Assembly: GCA_973895155.1 (NCBI GenBank)
Contig: OZ316892.1
Location: 3,847,223-3,911,222 of the forward strand
Reading direction: 5' to 3'
From: Marsupella aquatica
Taxonomy: Eukaryota; Plantae; Marchantiophyta
DNA: 64,000 nucleotides
Shown piece after piece: positions 12,806 to 23,848 of this stretch (position 1 is the first letter of the stretch; the number at the start of each line of letters is the position of its first letter). The position numbers and the translations under genes are program-made. The notes beneath the pieces were generated by a model. It saw nothing but the letters and a program-made list of their open reading frames with translations, was not told where the DNA came from and searched no databases.

Positions 12806-15800
12806 ATGAGAACACCAAGCGAAATATTGGAAGCTGATCGCGAGCGGCATGCCCAAAATAGGGCAGCCATAAATGCAAGGCGTCGTCAGTGATATGCCGA
12901 GCGACGTCTGCAAGAGGGGGCTGAAGTTTGTACGGTGCCGCAGCCAACCTCCACACCAAGTGTGGGATCTCCAATAACAGTGGCAAGCATTACACCAAGT
13001 ATGGCACTTTTGATACCAGACTCAAGTGTGCCACCTTCCCCTAGAGTTAGTGGCCGACAATTGCACCGCAAAGCAAGGGCACCACGGAGAATTCCAACAA
13101 AAGTGGTGGCTTCCCTTGAGGGGGCCATTTTAGGACCAACTGTAGCATCTGGCCGCGCAAATAGTGGAAGGGAGCTTCGCCGTCAAGCAAGGGCTACTCA
13201 AGAGGCGTCGGCCAGATCCATCGTTGTCAATAACAGCCGTGAGGGAACCCCAAGTGCAGTTTCCACTCATGCAGTGACGCCTGTGAACGGTTTGTCCGAC
13301 CCTCCCATGTTCGATGAAGGTTGGCTCATTGATGGTGCCTTGGATGCATGTAGGGTTGACCAATATCCGGAGGAATTTGCCATTCCCCCACCATGTGAGC
13401 CCATAACCAACACTGTGTCAGAACATCTACATGTCTTTGACGAGGATTGGCTCATTGATGGCGCTCTACAAGATGGGGTTGCCTCTTTGGCCGTCCCCTT
13501 GCCCTGTGAGTCCATGCCAAACAATGAATGGTCTGACCCTCACATCTTTGATGAAGATTGGCTCATTGATGGTGCATTGCACGAGGGGGAAAATCCTATC
13601 CTGCATGATGGAGGAGGTCAATTTGACACATTTGTTCAAGGCACCTTGGATTTGCCAAATGAATATGAGGATGACGAGATAGACCATAACCTCCAAGAGG
13701 AAACGGGAGGCATAAACCTGGCACCAATTACCCCAGCTCAACTCAATCCAAATGACGTATTGCGGGAGCGTCAAAGATTGGAAGAGATCCAACGGTTGCC
13801 AAAGGCAAGACAACCTTTGGACCCTACAATGGGTCGACATCTTTTGGGGCAAATGAACATCGAGTGCCAACAATGTAAAGCGCTTCATTGGATGGAAGAG
13901 TGCAAGTCAGGAACACAACGCAACCCGTGCTTCACCATGTGTTGCGCCGACGGGAAAGTGAGATTGCCCCCGCTTGGTGCTCCCCCTGAGCCACTTCGAG
14001 GCTTGCTGATTGGTACCAACGCCGTAGCAATAGCATTCCGAAAGAATATTCGAGGCTACAACAATGCCCTAGCATTTACCTCCCTAGGTGTTAAAATTGA
14101 CGAAAGGGGTGGCAATCGTGGCCCATACTCCTTTCGTATCCAAGGAGCATTGTATCATCGTGCTGGTAGCCTCTTGCCTCCTGATGGAGCAGGGCCAAAG
14201 TTTGCTCAACTCTATATTCATGACACAGGGAATGAGTTGGGGAACATGTAATTAACATGTGCAACTTATTTCATATTCCTTTGATGTTACATGATCTTTG
14301 CAATATTGTGTCTTATGGTTTTTTCTTGGGTTCCAGGATGAATAGGATGCCACAATTGGATCAGGCGGTGTTGGCTTCCTTGCAAGAGATGCTCCATATG
14401 TACAATCCGTATGTGAGGGTCTTCAAAAATGCAGGGAGCCGTATTGATGACACTGAGGTGCCAGACATATCGCTACGTATTGTAGCGGAGCGGGACACAG
14501 ACCCCAGGCGCTACAATAAACCAACGGCAGATGAAATTGGCGTGATAATGGTTGGAGATGAGGATATTGAAACATGTGGGAGAGATATAATCCTAAGGAA
14601 GAGGAATGGTGGCCTACAACGGATTTCCGAGTGGCATAGGTCCTATGCCCCGCTCCATTATGTTTTACTCTTTCCTCACGGACAGGATGGATGGTCTTAT
14701 GACATCCCGTTGGCGGGGCACGAATTCCAGGATGGGGTCATTGTGGCTGTTGAACCAGGAGCCAGGGGTGGACGAAATGGTTCTAAGAAGGTGACCCAAC
14801 TTCAATACTATGCGTATATGTTACATGCAAGGCGGGAAGATGATTGGCTGCTTCGTGGTGGAAGATTGCTGAAGCAATTTATTGTGGATGCATATGCGTG
14901 TATAGACCAGACACGCCTCACATATATTCGGAACAATCAGAAAAAGCTTCGGACCGAGTTATATCAAGGGCTACAAGATGCAGTTCAAGACGGGGATGCA
15001 CAAGCAAGCAATGTGGGTAGGACCTACATTTTACCGTCCACATATGGGGGTAGTGCACGACATATGATGCAGGCCTATCAGGATGCCATGGTGGTTGTTC
15101 GAACATATGGGCCTCCTGACCTTTTCACAACTTTTACATGCAATCTTGAATGGCCTGAAATCAAAGTGGAGTGCTTCCCCTACCAGACCCCGGCCGACTG
15201 CGATGACATTGTGGCAAGAGTGTTCAAACTTAAGTTGAAGGCCCTATTGGCGGATATTCGGGCAGGGGTATTGGGTAGACCTATTGCCTCTATGTATGTC
15301 ATTGAATTTCAGAAGAGGGGTCTGCCGCACGCCCACATTCTCATAATATTGGTGGAACAACATAAGTTACGCACTCCACAGTTGGTTGATCAATTGGTTT
15401 CGGCAGAGATACCAGACGCACGAGTACATCCACAATTATATCAAACTATTATGAAGTCCATGGTCCATGGTCCATGCGGTCGTGGATATCCAAACTCACC
15501 TTGCATGGTCGACGGGCAGTGCAGCAAGGGCTATCCACGATCATTCTCAACCAAAACAGTTTTTGGAGATGATGGATATCCTATGTATCGACGTCGGGAT
15601 GATGGCCGCAATTTCTCAAAAGACCGAAGTGGGTTTAAGTTTGACAATAGTTGGGTTGTTCCTCATAGTCCATATTTGAGCATGAGATTCAATGCCCATA
15701 TTAATGTGGAGATTTGTTGCTCTATTAAAGCAATCAAGTATTTATACAAGTACTGTTATAAAGGGCATGATAAGGCAACGGTTGAGGTGGAGCAACGAGA

Positions 15801-18084
15801 TGAAGTGAAGGAGCACTTAGATGCCAGATATGTCTCTGCTGCTGAGGGAGTATGGCGCATTAACCAGTTTGAAATGTCTGAGAGTACTACTTCGGTGCAA
15901 CGGCTGCAAGTTCATTGTGAGGGAGAACAATCTATAATGTTCAATGAGAATTCTAACATCAGTGATGTGGTTCAACGAGAATCTCATAGGGACACAACCC
16001 TCACAGGGTGGTTCAGAGCTAATACTTTGCATGAACGGGCAAAACAACTTCTCTACAACAATTTCCCCCATGAGTTTGTATGGGATACGTCCTCCCGTGC
16101 ATGGAACCCACGAAGAAGAGGGTTTAGCATTGGCAGGATGTATTTTGTGCCGCCAGCCGCGGGTGAACGGTACTATTTGAGGGCACTTCTTCTTCACATC
16201 AAAGGTGCAACATCATTCATCGACCTTCGCACTTTTGAGGGCATTGTATACCCCACCTTTCAAGCAGCAGCTCTTGCTCGGGGTTTGTATGAGAACGATG
16301 AGGAGTGGGATAGATGCCTTCAAGAAGCGGCAAGCATGCACACCGGTGCGCAAATACGACAACTATTTATTACGATATTGTTGTTTGGAGGTGTTACCAA
16401 ACCGTGCGACCTATGGGCACAACATGCATCCAATTTGAGTGATGATTGTAGGTATCGTTTGCAATTGATGGGCTTCTTAGATTCTACAGAGCAACAACAA
16501 CAAAGCTTTGCTCTACATTTGATGGATGAGGCTTTGAAAAGTGTGGGTAAAACATTGTTGGAGTTTGGTCTTCCGGAACCAAGTATGGATTTCTTCCAAG
16601 AGGAAGAAAATAGAAACCGGTTGATATATAAGAGAGGAGACATGTTATCCAATGGATGTACTTCTACAACAACTTGCAGAGCAAGAGCCGTTGTTGAACG
16701 AGGGTCAAAGGGCAACGTACACTGCAATACTTGCAGCCGTGAGGGCTCGAGATGGAGCGACATTTTTTATTGATGGACCAGGGGGGACAGGCAAAACATT
16801 TGTGGAGAATGTTCTACTTTGGAGCGTCCGTGCAGATGGGGACGTCGCATTGGCCGTAGCTTCCTCGGGTATTGCAAGTCTTTTGTTAGATGGAGGTCGC
16901 ACCGCACACTCAAGATTCAAGCTACCATTGAAACCAATCTCGACATCAACATGTGGCATCCAAAAACAATCTGACCTTGCTGGATTATTGCGGAGGGCAA
17001 CTTTTATTTTGTGGGATGAAGCACCCATGATCCATCGGCATGGAGTGGAGGCGTTGGATAGAACTTTACGCGACATACGAGATAATGACCGAATCTTTGG
17101 AGGGGTTGTAGTTGTATTTGCAGGTGATTTTCGACAAGTGCTTCCAGTGAAGGCAAGGGCAAGTCGTCCAGAGATTGTGGGGTCGTGTTTGAAGAAGTCT
17201 TATGTGTGGAGTAGTATACGGACTTTGAAGCTAACTGAAAATATGCGGGCAAGAGGAACTAACACATCTCCTGAATTTGGTAATGTTACATTTGCGGAGT
17301 GGCTACTACAATTGGGCGATGATAAACTCCCAAAAGGAGGGCCTTCAAATAATCTTATTACTTGCCCTGAGTCTATGGTGGTGGATGGAGGACGTGTGGA
17401 ATCATTGATTCAGGCAATATACCCAACTCTTGCTAATGTGGACGACAGGTTCTTAAGTGAGAGAACTATTCTGGCGCCGACAAATGATGAGGCACTAAAA
17501 ATTAACGACTCTATCTTAGAAGGAATTCCTGGGAATCAAGTGAGTTTTTTAGCGTTGATCGTCCAGATCAGCTCGAAGGGGAAAATTTCTACCCTACGGA
17601 GTTCTTGAATACACTCACGCCGAGTGGTCTGCCGCCTCATAAGTTGGTACTGAAGGTTGGATGCCCTATCATTTTACTTAGGAATATAGATCACTCTTTG
17701 GGGTTGTGTAATGGTACTCGGTTAATTGTGAGAGCAATGAATCATCGTGTCATTGAGGCACGTGTTCTTGCAGGAAAACATGCAGGGACCCTTACATTTA
17801 TCCCACGGATTCCGTTGACCTCTGACGAGTCACTTCCTTTCTTATTACGTAGGGTCCAATTTCCAATTCGAGTGGCATATGCAATGACCATAAACAAGGC
17901 TCAAGGTCAGACTTTAGAACATGTAGGGTTGCAACTTTCAAAGCCTGTATTTAGTCATGGACAGTTGTATGTAGCATTCTCAAGGGCAACATCACCTACA
18001 ACTATCAAGGTTTTACTTTCAGATTCCGAGGAGGGTCAAGCAAAGTTGACAAAAAATGTTGTATATGATGAGGTTCTTTATTGA
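12806..18084 (+). pseudogene. Helitron RepHel (HUH Rep endonuclease + PIF1-like helicase), disrupted
   Basis: Zn finger CQQCKALHW..E..CCADGKV; Rep motifs PDLFTTFTCN, VIEFQKRGLPHAHIL, KYLYKYCYKGHD; PIF1 motifs [47 protein letters not shown]. Putative ATG 12806, premature TGA 12890, GT-AG intron 14248-14336, frameshifts near 16630 and 17545. Confidence 0.93.
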
Positions 18085-18179
18085 ACACCTGAATAAATAT
18101 TGTATCACTTTTGTATTAATCTCTTTGACTTTTTGCCTGAATTATAAGTTTGCAATGCACAACCATGTTTGCCTCGCCT

Positions 18180-18430
18180 CAAAATCTTACCCTCACCTCA
18201 ACATCTAACTTGCTCTCATCTCAAGATCTTGCCCTCACCTTGACATCCTGCTCTCACCTCGACATCTTGCACTCACCTCAAAATCTTGCCCTCACCTCCA
18301 AATCTTGCACTCACCTCGACATCTTGCCCTCACTCGAAATCTTGCTCTCACCTCCAAATCTTGCACTCAACTCAACATCTTGCCCTCGCCTCAACATCTT
18401 GCCCTCACTCAAAATCTTGCCCTCACTCGA
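18180..18430. repeat. ~19-bp minisatellite (~13 copies) in the Helitron 3' subterminal region
   Basis: Unit CAAAATCTTGCCCTCACCT and variants arranged head-to-tail without spacers. Confidence 0.9.
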
Positions 18431-20269
18431 AGTCTTTCGTGCAACGCATGGGCATGGGGCTAGTCAAGTCATAACAGCTTGTCTGATCCCCACTTTTGGG
18501 TGGGTATTGGTGTAAAAAGCTTTCACCCATGGTGGGTTTCAAACCCATGACCTTTACCTTCCTACTCAGCTCGTCTCCCGCTACGCCCTCAACCTGCTTT
18601 TGAAAAACAATGATCCATTTTTGGTATTTATTACGGACCCCCATTAGAGGTCCTTTCCAAAATTCCTGGTTCCACAGCACGCCACCTCATCATGGCATGC
18701 CGCAAACAGGAAGAGACTTGTTTTTGGATATTAAAATTAACTTCTACATTCGTGTTTGTGGCAACTTTGCTGTAAAAACTGGGACGCCATGCTCACAACA
18801 AAAACTCACGTATAATATGACGTTGGAAAGATCTTGAAGAGACGATCCTGATGAGCTTAGCATTGTCATCATTCGATAAGAATTGAGTAAGTAATTTTGA
18901 AAAATACAGTTTACCCGTGATTTCATAATCTCTAACTTGAATAGAAATCTTTGTTGTACATCCCCTGAAATGTTGACCCCTTTCATGAGAATGAAACAAA
19001 AATTAACAGATTTTATTGAATATTAAGGAGATTATGAATTCTAAAATTTATTTAACTTTTAATGAACTTTACATTGATAGATTTAGTTCTAAAAGCTGGT
19101 TTTGTATTTGATGTTAATTATGGTTGTATTGGTAAGTTTTGCAACTATTTGAAGTGTCAAACATTGACTCATCTATTTTTGAATTTTTTTCTTCTTTAGA
19201 TTTGGAGGTCCATTTAGGCTTTAGTTTCTAGAATAACATAGGGGTCCAGGGATTAATTTTTTTAATAAACAACCAGTTCAGGCAGCATCGGGCTGGGATG
19301 GCATTGGGCTGGCATGGCAGTGGGTACGGACAGTCATTATTGACTTTCCAAGGCCCATAACCCTGAATTGTGACTAACAGAACTCTAAGTAAGTATCCCT
19401 TGCTCTTGTCTGTTGCCTCAAGGGCATGCCTGGTCCAGCATGTAAAACATTAAAGTTACATTACAATTATTGACGTTTTCCCGAACGATTTTAAATATCA
19501 GCCAACCATTGGTCCTTGACCTAACCTGCGTTGTCAGCTGAACTGTCACCTAAAGCTAAGCCTTGCCATGCCCCTTGCCATGCCCCCAATAATCACAGCC
19601 CACCCATCTCCACCCCTTATTGACTCGCCCATCGACCCCGGCATCAGATTGAAATGTAATGTTTAGTTTCCATGGCGTTTCAATCTGGGCTGGTTACCGC
19701 AGAGCCAATTTGGCCCCAAGAACATAGCCTGGTCCAATTACTGTTTGTGTAGAAGTGATACCTTGGTCTTCATACGCTAGCTGAAGGCTGAGATTATTAA
19801 AAAAGAAGTCCGTATCCGTCGAGATCAAGAATTCGTTCTCACTTGAATGAATGTGCCGTTCAAATCGAAGTCACTACTCAGGACGACCTGAAGGAGGAGT
19901 GAGCTAAAACAAGCCAAGTACACCAGCGATTGAAAATGACATGTGAGGGCCTCGATCCGTATGCGAAGATGCAGGCTTTCTTACAATGATTGTATGGAGC
20001 TTTTCGAAGCGGTGGAACGGATCCTTACATCTACTTTCGTCTCCAACGGCCGCCGGCTCTGGGTACGGTCACTGTGATGCAGCTCCCCCAATTCCATCTC
20101 GTGAGGTCCACTTCAGCGATAATGCGCAAGTACCTCAGCTATATACCTGATTCCGACAGAAAGAAAGAGGCAATCCGTAGTGCAACGGGTGCACGGAGGA
20201 TCTGAGTGACTCACACTTATCCAAATTGGCAAATTCAGATTTCCAAAGAGCATCGAGAAAACTACTTAT

Positions 20270-20377
20270 TGTTAGACTCTACCTTGACCGGATGACTGGA
20301 TCAGCCGGTCATCCCGGCACCACTATATGTATCCTTACCCAGACTATACAGACACAGATATTCATTCTCATCAAACA
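20270..20377 (+). repeat. 5' LTR (108 bp)
   Basis: TGTTAGACTC...CATCAAACA; identical by eye to 45512-45619. Confidence 0.95.
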
Positions 20378-20391
20378 CGTTATCAGCACGA
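20378..20391 (+). other. Primer-binding site, probably half-tRNA-Ile(IAU) type
   Basis: CGTTATCAGCACGA directly follows the LTR. It does not start with TGG and is complementary to the anticodon arm UCGUGCU-IAU-AACG of plant tRNA-Ile (tRNA sequence recalled, not checked). Confidence 0.7.
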
Positions 20392-21729
20392 GGACTTACC
20401 AACGGAGCCAAGAAAGAAAGGAGAAGACCATGGAAGATTGAAATTTTTTAAAGGTTGAAAAGGAGAATCGAGAAGAAAACCTATGGCGAATTGAGTAAGG
20501 ATCGAGTAAGAAGAAATTAGAGAGACCCAGCCAGAAGCATATGAAAATTAATAAGGCGGAAGCAGCAGAAACGCACTGATTCATAAGGACACCGAGAAGC
20601 GAAAAGATCGATGCGGATCAAGAACACAATAAGGAGATGCATGCTGAGAAGAAAATTGATCAGAACAGCATCGACAACTGAGAATTGAAAAGAGTCCAAT
20701 CGAAATCACCTTCTGAAGAGAAAGAATGGACGAGAGGCACTGTGAGGACCGATCCCTCAAGAAAATTATAGTGAGAAGAAAAAGAGGCAACGGGACCCAT
20801 TCATCGAATCGAAATTGCAGCATATCGATCATAAGCAGTTAATGACCGGGGCAGCAAGGAGGCAGATTAACAAAGTAAAAGAGAAAACTTTAGAAGCAAA
20901 AACTGATCGAAGCCACAAACAGAAAGAGAGCACAAATCGTTGCAGAGGCCGATTGGAATCTAAAGGACAAGCGCAAACCCCTGGAAACCTGATCGAACAA
21001 CGGCAGCAGATAGAGGAAGAGAGCTCGAAGTTGAAGCGGAGGCACTGAGATTCGAAAGGGTGAGAGAGAGGTAGCCACCACCTCAATCCCCATAAGGACA
21101 TAACACACAGGATTGGAACCTGAGAAAAAAGCAAAACGATTAGAAGAGGACAAAAACCAAAGAATTGAAGCAGTAACAGTCACGGAAGGCCGGAGCTACA
21201 GCAAAGACCGCAGAGGAGCTTGGAAGGAGGTCGTTGAAATCAAAATTTCGCAACATCAATCGAAAAACGCCGAGAAACCATCGCTAAGTGCAAAACCCTC
21301 TTTAAGTGCACAATTCGTCAAAGAGATTTCAGTTACAAAGGAAAAGTTGCACTTAACCATAACTGCAAAACCTAAGCGCACATCCGCATAACTGCACACC
21401 ATAACCAAGAAAAATTTACTTTACAAAGCCGCATGTGCACTTAACCAAGGCACGAGTATATTACCACCCATAACTGCACAAACTGCACAATTCCATTACT
21501 GCACAATTTAACAAAGGAAAAAGAAAATACAAAGGAAACTTTGCAGTTAACCAAATAGCAAGGAAAACCTAAATCCTAAGTGCAAACCCTAAAATTGAAT
21601 TCTGGATTTGCATGCTCTCTCCACCCAGCCCCACCTTGCATGCCGCAGAAATGTGCTTTGTCGTTCCCTACTATACTTACTAGTATATAAGCCTCAAACA
21701 CCATTAAAAGGAATCAAGCCACCACCCCG

Positions 21730-22993
21730 ATGACCAACCTCGAAAAATTAACTTTCCCTGCACTAGAAATAGATGGCGGCAACTACCTAGAATGGTCCAT
21801 GAACCTCAAAGAAAACCTAACCTCGCTAACCCTACTCCCAGCGATAGGGATGGCCCAACCTATACTAGCTGGCGAACCCCAACCAAACCCGTTAACTAAA
21901 GCCAATGAATCGAAGGCCCTAGTATTCCTGAGACGCCACATCCATAGATTCCTACAGAGACAATACATGCACCTTTCGACCCCTCGGGAACTATGGACAG
22001 CCCTACAGACCCGATTCGACCACCAGAAACTGGTCGAACTACCTAAAGCCAGGCAAGACTGGCTAAACCTATGAGTCCAGGACTTTACCTCTATTTCAGT
22101 CTACAATAGCGAACTCTTTAGAATAACCTCAACCCTTGCACTATGTGGCGAGCCAGTTACGGACAAGGATCTGCTAGAGAAGACCTTGTCGACATTTCAT
22201 TCATCGAATGTGTGGCTATCAACACAGTATCGAAACATGAAGTTTGGGCAATACTCCGAGCTCATAGCCCACCTTCTAGTCACAGAGAGAAACCAAGAAC
22301 TCCTTTTAGTTAACTCTAGAAAACGTCCCGCGGGCACACTGCCCTCAAGATCACAGAGTGAAACATATCTTACCGACACCGCTGAACCCTCCACATCAAG
22401 GTAGGGCATTAAGTGCAGTAGGAATGGCAACCATAGAAACAACCCCAACAGGGGGAGTTTCTTTAACCAACGCCCACAACACAATTTCAGACGGTCCTTT
22501 AGTGGACGTGGAGGACGCGGAGGACGTGGAGGACGCGATGGACGCGGCGGACGCGGAGGACGAGGTGGACGCGGCGGTGGTAGAACATATAACAACAACC
22601 GTAGAAATGAATGGTCACAATCCCGACCACAACGAGAACGCCCAAAATGCCATGCATGCGGCATGACCAACCACCTAGCCAGAAACTGTAGAATCCCGCA
22701 ACACCTTAAAGAGCTATACCAACGATCCCTCAGGGACGGACAAACCTCTAGGGCACCACCCCGTGAAACCCACGGGGCGTTTATGGAGTCAAGCGACCCA
22801 TTCCAAGACTTTTCAGACCTACCTGCCCAACCCGAGGCACACTTAGTGGCAAGTAGCTCCACTACACCATATTTAAATAGCCCAAGCACATGTATATCGA
22901 CAGTGCGACCACGCACACTATCCTCAGGGATAGGCACCTTTTCCACAAGATTACACCCTCACGTAGATCCCTGACCACTATAAATGGCCCTAG
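21730..22993 (+). pseudogene. Copia gag and N-terminal half of the aspartic protease
   Basis: Gag with in-frame stops at 22072 and 22402, an RGG repeat (~22500-22580) and CCHC knuckle CHACGMTNHLARNC. Frameshift near 22895 into DSATTHTIL; cut by the CACTA at 22994. Confidence 0.9.
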
Positions 22994-23848
22994 CACTAGA
23001 AGAATCCGAGGTGAACTGAGACCGCAATATATGACTCATTTTGGCTCATGTGACTTCATTGTGACTCAACGTGACTTGACCCACGCTGTGACCCTTGGAG
23101 TTGCAAAAGTTGAGACCAAAAAATGGAAGTCACTATTGATACTGGGCTTTGCAACTTGCTTGATACCCATTTGTGACTGATCTGTGACTTTATTGTGGAG
23201 TCTAGCCTTGTTTCGACGTGACTGCAATATGACTTCAGCGAGTCATATCGTAAGTCACATACATGACTTACCCGCATTCAACAACGACTAGCGTGTGACT
23301 ATTTAGTGTCACAAGAGAGACCAATGGAGACCCTGGCCCGCGTCACACAACAGAACCATTTGGGACTCTATATACTCATGTTTATAACTAATAAGGTTCA
23401 CATGCAAGTTATAACCATGACTAATGAACACAGAGGGACAGTTCATAAGGAGAGAGAGCACTCGACATTACAATACATAGAAACCTGATGTTCTAACTTT
23501 AGAAATATAACACATTGAATACAAGAAATGAACATAGCATGAATGACATCCACATGAAACAAAGCATCATATAAGCAGATCCTACATAAAACATTCATAA
23601 GAATTAAACACAATCACAATCTTGCTAAAAAATGAAGATCATTTGAATTCCAATGGAATAGTTTACAATGTGATCAATGTAATTTAGACAAAACAGGAAC
23701 TCATAATTGATGATTGTAGGATGAGATAACTGAAAGCACATGCATGATACTATGAATCTCCAAGAGGACATGATTCTTGTACTGCTTCTTGACATCTAAA
23801 ATCTACATAACATGACTCACACTACAAACGAATAATGGCATGACATTG

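Larger units (their letters stand above)
10040..18463 (+). mobile_element. Helitron (autonomous-type, coding region decayed), 8424 bp
   Basis: 5' end A|TCTAACACTATAATAA. 3' end has a degenerate hairpin (TTCGTGCAACGCATGGG) followed by CTAG|T at 18460-18464. Inserted between A and T with no TSD; contains RepHel. Confidence 0.9.

Noticed and set aside
13436-13470. EDWLI as an ATG8-interacting motif
   Set aside because: W-L-I-D does not fit W/F/Y-x-x-L/I/V.
18180-18430. CRISPR-like appearance of short repeats (also 57306-57505)
   Set aside because: Head-to-tail units without unique spacers, no cas genes, eukaryotic context.
20270-20377. Dating the copia insertion as very recent from identical LTRs
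   Set aside because: 108 bp gives little resolution, and the internal region has several stops and frameshifts.
22885-22900. Programmed gag/pol frameshift before DSATTHTIL
   Set aside because: A 1-bp deletion in a decayed copy explains it equally well; sister copies are needed to decide.
22197-22946. 249-aa minus-strand ORF with PPR tripeptide repeats
   Set aside because: Antisense of the gag RGG repeat.
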